Made by a program: the position numbers and the translations under genes. DNA of 62,865 nt, the filler included, from Choristocarpus tenellus KU-1152 (Eukaryota; Protista; Phaeophyceae): NCBI GenBank assembly GCA_964200185.2. It is 10 parts of 10 records of this genome, joined end to end, with 100 filler letters (N's around TTAATTAATTAA, not from the genome) between each part and the next. Parts side by side here need not be neighbours in the genome. Positions count along the whole stretch, not along the records: positions 11,480 to 17,423 come from CAXNAD020009349.1; positions 17,524 to 30,090 come from CAXNAD020001784.1; 8 more parts are not named here. One strand, given 5' to 3'. Under the pieces are notes generated by a model. The model was not told the DNA's origin and did not search any database. It saw nothing but the letters and a program-made list of their open reading frames with translations. Positions within the stretch are counted from its first letter, which is position 1, and each line of letters starts with the position of its first letter. Below are positions 11,480 through 25,310 of the stretch, in pieces.

Positions 11480-14400
11480 GGGAGGGGGGTCATCAGGGGC
11501 GGGGGCCAGAGGGGCGGGGGATCAGGCTGCCGCAGCAGCTACAGCTGCAGCATTGGCAGCACAGCAGGCAATGATGATGAACCCTGCGATCATGCAGGTA
11601 TGAAGGGGGCAGCATGGATGTGTACATACACTGAGGAGGAGTATGCTAAATAGTGCATCACAACTTGCTGTCATTGCTTAGAAGAGGTTCGCAGGGGGTG
11701 GGGGAGGGAGGGGGGGAAGACTGGAAAGGTATCTTCAGCATCGTGCTTCAATCTATTGCTATTATTATTACTGCAGCTTGTTTTGCACATATTGTATTCA
11801 TCAGGGATTCACACAGGCATAGTATCATGGGTACATAGCATGCTATAGTGTTTCAATCAGTCATGTGTACATAGTATGCTATGTTGACTGGTTTGACGTA
11901 TAAAGGTACACAGTTCTGTTCGGAACAACAGTTGGAATACATTTATGTACCGCAGACTCTCTGTAGTGCAAATACCAGGCTGTACCTCTTTTTGTAGACA
12001 GACTCCCCGCACCCAAGAAGTGCGATACCTTTTGCCAAGAGGCTCTGTGTGCTGCAGTGGGGCATGTCCAAAATCATAAGGGCCGTTGTGATTTGTTGGT
12101 CAATACCTCAGAGTACTGAAGTGGTATGGTGTATGATTATAAACTGTTTCATCTTGGATACACTCCAATAGCTGCACATATGCACTTATGTCCAGAATCG
12201 TACCTGGTATTGTCACAGGTGCATAGTAGTACTTAAGTGTTCATGATAGTTAGAACCATGCAGTCGTGGATTGTGCACGGTGGTTGGTACCATTGCTGAA
12301 CCTTAAGTATGCTGAAGCTAAACTGTACTGTGCAGTACCTTGGCAGCTTCTCAATGTTAAGTAACTCCCCTTCCTACTGTCTTTTGATGCTGTGTTCAAC
12401 TGCATTCGAAGCTGCAATTTTAGCGATCAAATACAGGAAAGGGCGATTGTACCTCACCCTACCAGAGAGCAAGTGTGCTGATTTATGAGTGGGTCGTCAA
12501 TCCATCCCCTGTTATTTTTTTGTTGAGGAAAGGCAAACGGCACATAGAGTTTTTTTTTATCGCAAAAAGGGTCAAGGTTAGGGTTAGGGTTAGGGTTATC
12601 ACCCTCACTTCCCCTACCCCCCCCTACAACCCCCTCACCAATGGGGTGGCCGGTGTGAAGGAGACTGCCAGAGGTGTATTTTTATCGTGCCTGTACACAA
12701 ACAACTACATGCATGCGGAACTGTCATGCTGGGTTGTTCAGAGTTCGAAGTTGCTTAAGCACAGCCTTGATCAAACTCACTCCCTCCCTGTGTCAAGATA
12801 TACACTTGAATGAATGCTTGTGTGGTATGTTTTTCCCAAGAAGTGTTAATGTGCACAGGCACGTCGTGTAACTTCCTTCCTGGGATCAACACTGTGTAGG
12901 TGAAGTAGTGGTGAAGGAAAGTGGAGTGAACCTTGTCGCATGGAGGGAGGAGGTCCCTTTGTGAGCAAGCACTCAATCCGCTGTCCAGTTGGTGCTCACA
13001 GCCCATTTGCTTGCTACAATGTTTCCTGTCCTTCAGGCCACGGTCCTGTCCTCTTCCATCAACTGCTTGTGTCTTACGTATTAATATTTTAATCTTATTA
13101 ATATTTTTATCTTACTAATATTTTTATCTTATTAATATTTTATCTTACTAATATTTTTATATTATTAATATTTTTATCTTACTAATATTTTTATATTATT
13201 TATATTTTTATCTTACTAATATTTTTACATTATTTATATTTTTATGTTTTCGCGTAAGAAATGGGAGTCACTTTCCTTGACAGTGCTACCTTGTTCGGAA
13301 ATCGTAGTGAGAGGTTAAGCTCTTCGATCGCTCGAGAACTCAAATCCCCTAGAACGTTCCATCGTCAACACCAAAAAAAACCAGTCCCAGTTCATTCTGT
13401 GCGTGTTAGTGCTTGTATACCCTAGTAAACGATTCCTTCAACAGTCTCTATGTAAAATGATCTGCGTGTTTGAACCTGATAGCTATATGTGCAAATGCCC
13501 AATTGCAATCTTTCCTTCCCTCTCCAAGTGGCATGCATGGTGGTATGCATGGTGGTGTCGAACACCGACGTCCATTGTCCTTCCCCACCCCCAGAAACAC
13601 CCTTCTTCTGAGGTATCTTGATAGTGGAACCAAAGCATTTCAGAGGGCAGGAGTTCTGTTCTGCCCTGTTTTTCCTTCTGTTTGGGGTTTGGATTTTTTT
13701 TTTTTTTAATGCCCTTTTTTAGGTTTTCTGTGTGAACACAGTTGCCTGAGATGCGTACGACTGTGAAAGGTGTGTCCAGAACGAGGATATCGACACTTGC
13801 TAACAAACACGATAGCCAAAATTCGTCAAAATCAAATCGCGACATTGGATTTTTGGATTTCGGACCCCAAATGGACACGGCTCTACCTTTGTATTTAATG
13901 TTCTGACTAAGCACCACCGTTGTCCTCAAACACTGACACAAGAGTAATTAGTCCCTATGAACTGGTTGCATGACACATGTGCAACTAGTTCAAGGAACAC
14001 GAGCTCTTTCCCCAACTCACACAAGACAACAAGCTTAGTTTTGGTAGTGGACACTTTACCCGGTTGGGGTTGCTGCTTTCTACACCGACAGTCAGCTCAC
14101 CCTCCCCCCAAGCATCACCACACCATCAAAGTAGACAAGCTACTCTGCTTGCGGTTATATAATCAGCATCTGCATAGCCCATTGGCTGGTCCTTCAGCCT
14201 GTTCCCATTCGCCTGACTAATCTGGTGGAGGGTCGTTGTTGTGATCAACGAGTCTTTAGCAACAACATAGTCCTCCCGCTCCCCTACTGTGACTTGAGAC
14301 CTACATCACTCCTGCCATTATCCAATATTCCCTCCAATCCCGCCTTTTCCACATCCAACCCCCTCTTTGTAGAAGTCACAATACAACCAGAAGCATCACT

Positions 14401-16303
14401 AATGAAGGGGTTCACTACCTGGCACCCCAGCGATTTTTTTATTATTATTATGTTTCCCAATTTACTCTCGCTTGAGCATTTCCCAGGTTCCCTCGCTCGG
14501 AGCTGAGTGCCATTTCCTCAAGCATTACAACCCCTGCCCCCAAATCCAAAGCCAGCTCTCCCTGCGGTGCAGAACCTCGCCGCCGGTTCCCAGATGTACC
14601 GGTCCAGACAGGCGCACCTCGGTCTGAGCAAGGTTCCCAGATGTAGTCCCTCCTGTGGACGATTTGCCCTTATTTGAGAAGCAACAAACGCAAGGGAATC
14701 GAAAGGGTGGTTAGAGGAAGGAAATCTCTGTCATCGAGCATGGTTCACCTCTTGGAACCGATTTTTGAGACTGTTGTACTTTGACTCTTATGTGCAGGCT
14801 GTTATTGGTGTTGTAGAAACATGGGTTTGAAACTTCGGGTGTAGAGAACAGTTGTGTTCATATTATTATTATTATTATTATTACTATTATGTGATATAGA
14901 ATACTGTGTACTTTGGACAATGCAATAGTCGATGTGTTGGATGTAATTGCCTGTTGAATTACCAGAGAGGTAGAGGAGCCCACAATGTCAACTTCATGCT
15001 CCACCTAATCTTGTTATATTGGAGAAGAGAGACCCCATGGGTTGGGGCAGCACTACTTGCCTTCCTTCATACATCACTCACTACCCTCACCTAGAGTGTG
15101 GATTTGGTGAGGGTCGGGTGTGACAAATAGGGTCTATCATGCATTGTGCAACCCAAGTTGTAATGAAGATGTCAAGTTGTAATGAAGATGTCAAGTTGTA
15201 ATGAAGATGTCAAGTTGTAATGAAGATGTCAAGTTGTGATGAAGATGTCAAGTTGTGATGAAGATGTCAAGTTGTAATGAAGATGTCAAGTTGTGATGAA
15301 GATGTCAAGTTGTGATGAAGATGTCAAGTTGTAATGAAGATGTCATATGTGTGTCTCGAGTTTTTTGTTGCACTTGTCTGGTAAAAGGATAAGAGTGTTT
15401 TGTCCTCACCTGATATGGGTTTCAGTCTAGTTTACCCCTTACACCATGAGTTGATCGCTTCAGTTTTTGTAGATATGATCACTTTCTCTTGGAGTGTATA
15501 TGGAGGTTGAATAACAAGGTCAGTTGATGGATTGTAGGCAGCAGGTGCGTGAGGGGGAAGGTGTCGTTGAAGTCAACAGTTACCAAATGTCGCACACCCC
15601 TCCTTTTTTCCGACCTGAGTATCATTTTATATACCTGGTTGCATCCTTCGAAGTAGTGAAGAAGGGGACTAAGCAAATGAAAGGTACCCAGGTTTTGTCC
15701 ATTTTGAGTTTTCCGCCATTTTTTTTTTGCATTTTTTACGATTCACCCCTATTTCTATGAATGTAGTACTTTAATCGACTTGAGAGCGTTGACTCCTCTG
15801 TTGTTTGAAAAATTTCGACAGAATTAAGAAAATTTCCCTAGTGTATTTGTACAAAAAGCGGAAATTTGCACATATTTGTCAGCATCCAAAAAAATGCAAC
15901 CCTGGGTGGATACCTCTCATTTACTTTTGACTCTACGTCATTTAGGGAGGACTGATCTTGTCTGGCTTTGTTGCAGAGTAGGATGGCATCATCAACCTGG
16001 TGAAGAGTCCGCCAAATTGGTAGCAAAAATAAAACCTGTCAAAGCATGGTTGGTGGCTTTGACCTTCAATCTACTAGCGTGTATTTTGTGAGCACTATAA
16101 TAAACACCCTACTTCCCAGTCCTTTGTTTCACTACTATTTTTTTTTAAATAGCCGTTTCCTCCGTTGCCGTCCCCCTCCTTTTGCCCAGGCAATAATGCA
16201 TGGCTTCAACCCTGGTCAGGTGAGTTACGCAGGGCCACAAGATACTGAAGGACAGGATCCAAACTCACCTCATTCCCACCCTACTGAGGCTGCTGAGGAC
16301 TGA
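11480..16303 (+). CDS. 3' exons of an unknown protein with a Gly/Ala/Gln/Met-rich tail (partial)
   Basis: Exon 11480-11597 (GGGSSGAGARGAGDQAAAAATAAALAAQQAMMMNPAIMQ|gtatga) joins in phase 0 to 16190-16303 (polypyrimidine-cag|AIMHGFNPGQ...EAAED*). Intervening exons are not excluded. Confidence 0.55.
12576..12598 (+). repeat. Interstitial telomere-type repeat (TTAGGG)x3+
   Basis: GGTTAGGGTTAGGGTTAGGGTTA. Confidence 0.7.
13075..13245. repeat. AT-rich tandem repeat, unit about 18 bp
   Basis: About 9 degenerate copies of TAATATTTTTATCTTA(C/T). Confidence 0.85.
13627..13890. mobile_element. MITE family B, degenerate copy
   Basis: Shares GTGTCCAGAAC...GATAGCCAAAA...CCCCAAATGGACACGGCTCTACC with 7371-7629; termini are eroded. 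Confidence 0.75.
15154..15345. repeat. Minisatellite, 10 x 19 bp
   Basis: Head-to-tail CAAGTTGT(A/G)ATGAAGATGT with no spacers. Confidence 0.95.
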
Positions 16304-16782
16304 TACAGCGGACAGGATATATGCTATCGAGCCCTTTCAAGTAGCCTGCTTGCTGATGATGCACTGTAATCTCCCACATGTTCCAACAAGTCAGTCTGTG
16401 TGGCGTGTTCATGAACCTTGTGATGCATGCCGGAAGTTGCTCATTTTAAAGGTCATTTTTTGGCACATACTCTATATAGTTGTTTCAATGCATTAAGAGC
16501 CACGGACAACATTACTGCTTCTTTTTAATCATCAACAGATTACTTGGAATCGCTTTACCTTCCTGATTGTAGTATGGAGGTACTAGTGTACTACGTAGTA
16601 TTTGTTTCACTTGTGGTGAGTGTAAAGGTGTGTCCTCCTGGTGACAAATTTTGTTGACATGGCAATAGAAAAGTGGCGATGCTGTGCACAACATATCGAC
16701 GGCTGCCTTGGATATAAAGGCTGTTGACCCCTGCCATTTTACACACACAGAACTGCAGGCATGATCCAGTGTTAGTCTGTCT

Positions 16783-16955
16783 GGCTCAAAGTATCTGGGG
16801 GGTGGGGTGGCGGCTGTCCATTTGGGTTTTCATGTTGCGATTTTTGGGTGATTTGGTTGCATACATTGGGTGGATAATGTAAATGCATTTTTCCTGATTT
16901 TGCCCCAAATGGACACCCTGGTGTAGGTCCCCCCCTCCCCCAGATACTTTAGGTC
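16783..16955. mobile_element. MITE family A, complete
   Basis: GGCTCAAAGTATCTGGGGG...CCCCCAGATACTTTAGGTC. Confidence 0.9.
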
Positions 16956-17202
16956 TCTAGGGGATTCGTTTTTTGACTGTCCAGAAAGTATGCTCTCAGA
17001 TTGAGTGAGGGTCAGAAGGCGATCCGAGTTCAAAGTATTGTAACAGGAGGATAGTTGGAGCTTTGGTCCTTGTGTATCCGCACATCACCCCTTGTAATAG
17101 GCAATATCACCATCGTTGAAGACAACATATCAACCGACTGCTGTAGCACCCTAATGAATTTTCATCAATGGGAAGTTTTAGAGCGAACAGTAATGACTGC
17201 CT

Positions 17203-17360
17203 GGCTCAAACTATCTGGGGGGGGGGTGGCAGCTGTCCATTTGAAGTCCATTTTTTCATGTTGAGGTTTTGGGGTGATTTAGTCGCATACATCAGATCAG
17301 ATGAATAATGTAAATGCACTTTTCTGATTTTGCCCCAAACAGACACCCTGGTGTAGAAAC
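17203..17360. mobile_element. MITE family A copy, truncated near the gap
   Basis: GGCTCAAACTATCTGGGG...GACACCCTGGTGTAG. Confidence 0.85.
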
Positions 17361-18049
17361 CCACAACACCCCACACACCAAAACACCCAGCCCTGCAGCA
17401 CACAGAAAAGCAAAACAACAAAANNNNNNNNNNNNNNNNNNNNNNNNNNNNNNNNNNNNNNNNNNNNTTAATTAATTAANNNNNNNNNNNNNNNNNNNNN
17501 NNNNNNNNNNNNNNNNNNNNNNNGTTGAAATACAAGAAGAAATACTCGCTCTATTCGCCTGTAATGGACAAACTGGTCTAAGCCCCCAATGCCATCTAAG
17601 ATACTATGCACCTTCTGTCAAATTTTAAATGTAACTTGAAAAAATATATTGTGATTGGTGAGTACTTTCTCCAGAAAAGAGGTACACATATCTTACCTTG
17701 TCTGTTCGTGACAGATGAATATTTGGCACTCCTTCAACCCGACCACTTTGAAGTCCTCACTGACCAACACCACCTTGTTGCCAGTACTGAATTGCTCCGT
17801 GTACCTGGAGTGATCCCTGGCGTTCCATTCTACAGTCTCCTTCTGGTGAACAGTGAAAGGAAGGAACCCTAACCCACCGTAGCCTGATGACTCCACTCAC
17901 ACAATACAAATATTACCCACTTCTACCTACTCTTTCTCCTTGACAGGTGACTCCAAAGGTACATGTCCCCTGCCATGTCTTCAGGTGAAAACCTGAGGTT
18001 GGTCTACCTCAAGAAAACATAAGGATAACCACCTTCAACCTGCTGGGTT

Positions 18050-19680
18050 GTTGCCAACTGTGCACCTGGTGCAGTAGGATGACCTCTCAGTGCAAACTAA
18101 GGAAGAAGAGTTGTCTAATGTGGTTGAAGTAATAAAGCTGTGCATGGACTTGGTGCCTAGAAAGACCGGAAGACACAGATATTGTGATGTCAGTTGCAGT
18201 CAAACTCATGAGTGGAACATGAACAATGATCTCTGCCTTTTGAGAGTGTTAGCCATCAGAAGTGTTGCTTCCACCTCCCGGTGCTTCATACCCTTCTTGT
18301 CACTTCATATCTGTCCATAGGTGGCAACTGTGGAGGGGAGAAGGAAGAGTCGATTAGGTGCATAAAAATAGATCGCAGTGAATCATGGATAAAGGAAAGG
18401 TCACAAATGAAGTAAAAAATATCAAGACACTTGAACAACCTATGCAAGGAAAGTTGTTTTCACGAAAAGTCACTACTCTGCATATTCCGAAACAATACGG
18501 ATTATTGCAAAATGGTGTAGAAAGTGATACCTCTCGCTCGTCCAAACTCATCAGACAAACCCCAGAAAAAAGTATACATTTTGCAATAAGATTTTGATGA
18601 TGAATTTTTCTGTAGTTAGAATAGTATGTCATGCACCTGAAGATATTCAGGTTTGTAATGGGAATATGGTGAACTATTCTGTTCCTATATTGTAGGGCGA
18701 AAGGAAGATCCAAATACACAACGAGAGTAGAGGTGGTAAAATACTGACTTTTGCAACAACAGTCTATGCCAGAGGAACCTTGGACTCCCTCCACATGTGC
18801 TCCTCACCCTCCAATGTAGGATCCACCAAGGTGTGCTCCTCTCTGTCTTGGTTGCTTTGAGTGTCGGGATGAGGCTGACGGAACTCATATGACACATATT
18901 TTGCCTGTTATGTGTGATAGGTAGCGACTGTTCTTATGTTTCTGATCTACTGTGATGTTCTAAAAGGGATTGATGATGTTGTGATGATGAGTTAGTGATA
19001 TGAATAGAAAAACGACCAGCGCAATGGACAAATCAACATTTAGTATGAACTGGTGATACTGTATCATATCAAGAACAGAGCAAATGAATAGCCTATGTTT
19101 TAACAGTGGTCTAGCATCCGTACACCATTGTGCTCCAGCAGTCTGGTGCTGGACTCAACTATGACCCCAATTTCATTGGACATGGACTTACTTTGTCAAG
19201 ATGCAAAGAACTTACAGATGATGACCACGATCCCGTGCCTTGCAAAGCCTGAGAAATCAACCCACTGCATTTGCCACCTGTTCTTGAACTGGCTTCCACA
19301 GCCATCAGTCCAGATGTGTAGCACTTGTAGTTTCTGTCTGCATTCACAGGCCATGGGCTTCAAGGACTTATTGATGAGCTTCTCCAGCATATGCTGCGCG
19401 AATTTGTTGTCCTGGCTGGTGTCTCGGCTTAGAAGCATGAACCTGCGTGCACCCACATCTGTCCCCGCACCAGGCCTCCTCTCCTCAAGTTTTCCATCCA
19501 CACGTCAGCTGGAACCATCACGGTCAGCAACTGACTGAAGAGAACTCCTGTTGCGTCAATTCCTGGTGGCCATGACCGTTCTATTGGAAGTTTACCACGA
19601 ACACAGCGTGTGTGTTGATATGCAGGCTATACAGTGCTTGTATTGGCAGGCCTCCCAGTTCGTGCTATGATGCACTGGAA
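18050..19680 (-). pseudogene. Decayed DDE/D DNA-transposase, Sola(2)-like
   Basis: Motifs in order: VVNFQ*N..HQELTQQEF (DF.EN...Q...Q-like), LHIWTDGCGSQFKN, FFAS*QSKSMSNEIG (FFAxxHGKxxxDGIG-like), then GTKSMHSF...ERSSYCTRC. Contains stops and frameshifts. The element may extend over about 17700-21900. Confidence 0.65.
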
Positions 19681-21970
19681 GTTCTTGTTAAAGTCCATGA
19701 AGATGACTCCAACAAGTGTGGGGAAATTCCCCATTTGCGGGAGTAGCTCCTGCCAAAAGAAATATTCCATACTGTTGATGATTTGAAGAGGTTTTTGTTA
19801 AAGGGGGGGGAGATGTCCTGGTGGACTGGTGTTGAAGAGATACATGTATGTATACATTCAGGAAAGGAAAAAGTTGGAAAAAAAAATCCAATTAGTGGTA
19901 GGAAAAAAGAAAGGTGATAGAAGAAGGAAACTGACCCCCAATTTGTATTGAAGGAGAAAAAGGAGATTGTCAGACCTTCTTTTTGAGATATGTTGAGGTA
20001 TACTTGAAGAGTTTTGTTATTCAATCTCTTTGGATTCTAGGCAATAATTTGGCACACAACTGTTACATCTGTAGCTGTTGAAGTAGAAGGAGGACTCACC
20101 TTGTGTTTCTTTTTGTGCTTAATGGTTCTAGTTGTTGATGCGTTGTTGTCCTCATTGAGATTGATGTCATGCACAGAGTTAGTGTTGATATCCCTGGGCA
20201 TGCAGCTATCTGGCTGTGATGAAGTCACCTGTATCAGGTCCTTACCCTTATTTTTTCCTTGATCCTCTCAACCATCTGGTGCTTTGTGTTGCCCCGGGGA
20301 GCATGGAGGACTAACCAGCCGGAGAGGGCCCATACAGCACAACATGATATGGACACATTAGTTTGTGTGGGTTGAGATTGGGTGTGTCAGTGTTTTTTGG
20401 AAAATTTTCGATCAAGTTCTGAAAATGGGTCCTGAGGGGTTAACTTGATAGAGTTATGTATGTGTTCTTTTTTCAAAAAGAGTGGGAAAAAATGAACTTA
20501 CTTGTAATGCCGTGGCGACATTCACATCTTGATCTTGTTGTGTGACATTCCTTCAAGCTCACTCTCCACGATGGGTGTTATGTGTGGATGAACTTGTTCG
20601 AGGTTCCAGCACCCAACTGAGAGTCCGCCATGCGAGGACACTTCCAGATGGGATGCTCTCTTCCAGATGTACCTCTCGCATGTCCCATTTATTCAAGAGG
20701 TCGCACAAGCTTCCTCCAAAGCTGCGGTCTCTGTATCAACTGGCTCATACTTAGACCTCTCTCACATGGATGAGGTGGCAGTGAAGAGTTTTGCATATAT
20801 ATGTATCAGTAACACTCTGAACGAACTTCAGGAAGGAAGGGAAATCAAAGAAGAAGAAGCACACAAGAAATGAGGGAACTCTGAAAATTATGGTCACCAT
20901 ATTGTGGCCTTGGTGATGCAGAAGGGTCTCTATTTGTGTTCCTCCACTCAGACTCTCGACCTCCAATCTATTCTTAAAGGTCCCATACACCTCATCTCTC
21001 CCAATCTGCACTCAAAAAATGGTTCACGGAATGGGAGAAGAGAGTAGATGAACATATTGATTTGGAGTTAGGATATTGTTGGTTATGCACACAAACAAGA
21101 AAATGTGGTGCTTGACCATTATTCACCTAGGTCATATCACACCTCTGAGTATGTTGTTTGTGCTGATTCAAGTAGTGCGCTTGTCCTTGGTCTTGTCGTG
21201 GTTCCAGATTGGATTGTAAGGCATGAGCTTGCCATTGGTCTCTGTTAAAGAAAGTTGATTTTCCCAAGACTTGTGTATATAAATGACTTGATTAATTCCT
21301 TACTGGATTGGACAGTATTTACATGAAGGAAGGAGAAAGGAGGAGTGAGTGACCTTTCAAGCCCAGAAGGTGGGAGGTTCTTGCCACCAAATCAATCCTA
21401 CTCTATGGATCATTAGTCACCAAATAACAGAATACATGCCACAATATTTCCTATTCCTGAACTCTTCCATATTCTAGGTCATATAACTTATACCTATCTT
21501 CTAGTCTTCGAAATATAAATATGTTCTCTTCCATCATCTGGTTGTTTCATTCAGAATCTACTTCAAGACAAGAATGGAAGGCGTATTCTTGACACACTCC
21601 TCTGCTTTGAACTTCTAGTGAAAGAGTAATACCTCAATCACTGTTAAATATATCACAACACAAAAAACAGTCCAAGTTCATTCTATGTATGATAACACTG
21701 AGGTGTCTATTGAATTGTTCCTTGGACAGAGGTCTAACCAATGAAAAAAGATTCGCATGTTGAAACTCCATAGATAAATCAATCTGCGATCTTCTCTTCC
21801 CTCTCCAACTTGCATACATGGTGGTACCATATATGTGTGTGTGCTTTGTTCTTCCTCCGGATACTGCCTTCCAGGCAACTTAATTGCCCCATCATCCTCA
21901 AACACTGATACACAGTAATCCTTACGAAGTGTGGTTGCATAACATGTGCAGTTGCTTAAGGAACATAACC

Positions 21971-24900
21971 TGTTAAGCTGTCCTTAACAATCTGTTGTCC
22001 CACACAGCCAGATATATTATTATCTATTAGCTTGTATCAGAGCTGAGAAGAGAGTGAGACACCATCACCAGATGGGACTCACCAAACCTTTCAGTAAATG
22101 ACTCAGAATATCAAATGACTGAACAATTCTCTAGCACACATCAGAAACACTCTGACTCTGACATTCCGCCAATATCTTCTGGACAAAGTCCCCATAAAAA
22201 TATCCTGAATGTCCTGCACCATCGTGTACATAAAATATTACTTCGAATCTTATTGCATAGTCTTGACACACTCCCCTGCTCTGACCATGCAGTGAGAATC
22301 AAATCAGCCCAAAATAAAATCCCAACTTCAATCAACTCAATCTGCACTCTTCAAATCTTATTCTCACAAATGGACAAGCAAAATCTTGCCACACTCGCTC
22401 TGTCCAAGAAGCAAGAATCAAATGAACTCAATCTGCATACTAACCCTTAGTCACAGTGCATGATAGTTCTAGAGTGGTATTCAAGCACGTTACTGCTCAA
22501 AGCCTTCGTAAACAAATCTCAATGTTGTTCACCTGAGTTTATGTAAACAATCTGTGTCTTCTCCTCCTTCACCAAGTTCCTTACATAGTGATATCTAATA
22601 TCTATATTTTTGTCCCACCCCCTGAAGCTGTCTTCTCAGCCAACTTGATTGCTCCAGTACTGTCTTCAAGCAATCGCACACTATACTTGTGCATAGTTGG
22701 CTTCAGAAACAATTGGACTTGCTGCAAAAACATTACCTCCTTTCCAAAATCACAAAACGACACATACTCAGCCTCAGTGGTACATAAAGTAACAGTCTTC
22801 GGCATTCTAGACCACCAGCTCACACATGCACCCCAAAACATTACCACGCCACCAGACACAAAAAATCTTGAAATATCACAATTGGCATAGTATAGTCAGC
22901 ATCAGGATAGCCAATGAGTTGGTCCCTAGGTGCAACACTATAAAAACTGAAATCACCAAAAGTCAAGCCCCTCTTGCTTGTCCTCAATAAATATGCAATC
23001 ACTCTTTTTGCCCCTTTCCAATCCGTCACTGTGCAATTCACACACTTCATCGCTAGGCTTCATACCGCAGATGCTACATCTGGTCTGGTCATGATTGATG
23101 CCCACATTAAACTCCCAACCATGGCACGATAACCATCTCCAATGGGTCCCTCCTCAACAGACTCTTTAGTAGTAGCAGCAGGGAGGCCTCAGCCACTCGT
23201 GATCCCATATTTGGCTGTCAACTTTTCAACATACACTTGCCTGTTGGTCTATGGAAACTGTCCCAAGTCCACAATCCCTGTTGATACAACATCCCTTCTA
23301 CCCAAGGTTCTCCACAGGAAATTTCTTGTTTAATCCCTGAACTACATCCAAGGCATGCTTAGACCCCTTGCTGGCCATAAGCATATCATCGACATGATTG
23401 AGCATGATTAGTACCAGTTCCCCATCCAACACCCATCTAAACAAACAAAGATCAGCCTCACATTGTTCCAGTCCCAGCTCCAGTAATGATGCCACAAGCA
23501 GGGCATTCAAATTACATGATGCTTGGACAATCCCATACAATGATTTTTGTACCTTCCCAACCTCCCTATCGAATTCAGCCACTACCTCCTCTGGCAGCTC
23601 TACATACAGGTCTTCCTCCAGGTCTGCATTGGTGAAAGCCCTCACTGCATCAGCCATATTTAGGTCCCATCCCAAACGTGCAGTCAGTGCAAGTATCATT
23701 CACAGGCTTGACATTTGAGCCGTTGGTGTGAACATTTCGTGCCAATCGATACCAGGCTGTTGTCAGAATCCATCATCTACCACCAGTCTTGCTTTCCAGC
23801 GGTCCACCAATCCCACTGAATTCACCTTCCTCAAAAAAATTAAATTATTCATTTTCAAGACATTCGCCTTAGTTGGCCTAGGAACCTGCACCCATTTGCC
23901 ATGAGCGATTAACCCATTGATCTCAGCATATATAGCCTCAAGCCACTCCCTTGGACTCCCGAGACTCAAGTGCTTCCTTCACAATTATAGGGACAGGGGG
24001 CAACTCTCTAGCCGGAATATTCGCTAGCCATCCCAGTCCCAATTCATCGCCAATCATCTCCTCCACCTCATGCCGTACCACGTAGGTCGCTCAACTAGTT
24101 GTTCTCGGCCGTGCCATAGGAGTTTGTGGCAGTCCCATGTTATATTTCAAGAGTCAAGACAGCATCCTGGGTTCAGAGGGTTGTGACTGCCTTCCCGACC
24201 CAAGCCTCCCACTCCCCTGCTGTGAAGGTGATGTATGTGGAGAAACCCTTGTTCCAGACCCCAATTGTACTTCTTCAGCAGTATCCGACCCCAATTGCTC
24301 CTCTTCAGCTCCATTATAAGGGCCTCCTGCTGGTTTATGATGTCAGCAGGATCTCCCCCAGGTTCCAGCTCCATGTCCATCAATTGCCATTTCACTAGAT
24401 TTCTCTCAGTTTGCCCAGAATGAGCATAGTTCTTGATAAGTGCGGCAAATGCTTCACTCAGAGGTTCGTACGTTAAAATGATGCCCAAGGCAGGTCCAGC
24501 TGTAGCCTCTTAAGTCCATTTATCATGTAAGACGTTGCATGGTGAAGGTACGGGTCAACACCAGTCGGGAAATAATCCAATGACAGTACCCTCAGGTATT
24601 CCTTCGTTACCAGTGGCTCCTTCCATATCAATAAGAGAGTATGCGTAAGAAACGTTTTGCTCCACTTCCTCCACGTTCCTGGTTCCCCCTTGAACGTAGG
24701 TTGTTTCGAGGAATATTGTTTCAAGTTGGGTGTGAATAAAGGTCTAGCCCCCACGGCCACCGTATCTCTTGCCCCAACCCCAACCCCGCCCGCTTGCGCA
24801 GCCTATGTCCCATCTTGAATCTCTCCCCCCCAATGGGTCATTGACGGTTCTTCAACTCCATCAATGGAGTTCAGACTTGAATCAAATCTCGATCTGGGCA

Positions 24901-25310
24901 TCATGCTGTTTGTCTTGACTACCTTCCCAGTCATAGCTAAAATCCAAATATAGTAACTATGCAAGCACGCTTATAAGGTTGCTATAGCATGTTAAGCTGT
25001 CCTTGACAATCTGTTGTCCCACACAACCAGATATATCATTGTTTATTAGCTTGTATCAGAGTTGAGAAGAGAGTGAGACACCATCACCAAATGGGGCTCA
25101 CCAAACCTTACAGTAAATGATTCAGAATATCAAATGACTCGACAGTTCTCTAGCACACGTCAGAAACACTCCGACTCTTAACATTCCACCAATTTCTTCT
25201 GGTCAAATACCCCACGCAAATATCCCGAATGTCCCATTCATTGTTTGTGTGTTAATAAAAAAATGACTTCGAATCTTATTCTCACAAATGGTGAAGCATA
25301 ATCTTCACAT
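21971..25310 (-). mobile_element. Ty1/Copia LTR retrotransposon, degenerate and internally deleted
   Basis: Direct repeats (LTRs) start TGTTAAGCTGTCC at 21971 and 24990. Gag-like region 24147-24900. RT: WLEAIYAEINGL, RWKARLVV, KSLYG, HVDDML. RNase H: GYPDADY, SGGVVMFWGACVSWWSR, TEAEYVS. Protease and integrase are missing. Confidence 0.9.

Noticed and set aside
13300-13355. tRNA or tRNA-derived SINE head
   Set aside because: Only vague A/B-box resemblance; no cloverleaf could be built.
15154-15345. CRISPR-like repeat array
   Set aside because: Units are contiguous with no unique spacers, no cas genes are present, and the context is eukaryotic.
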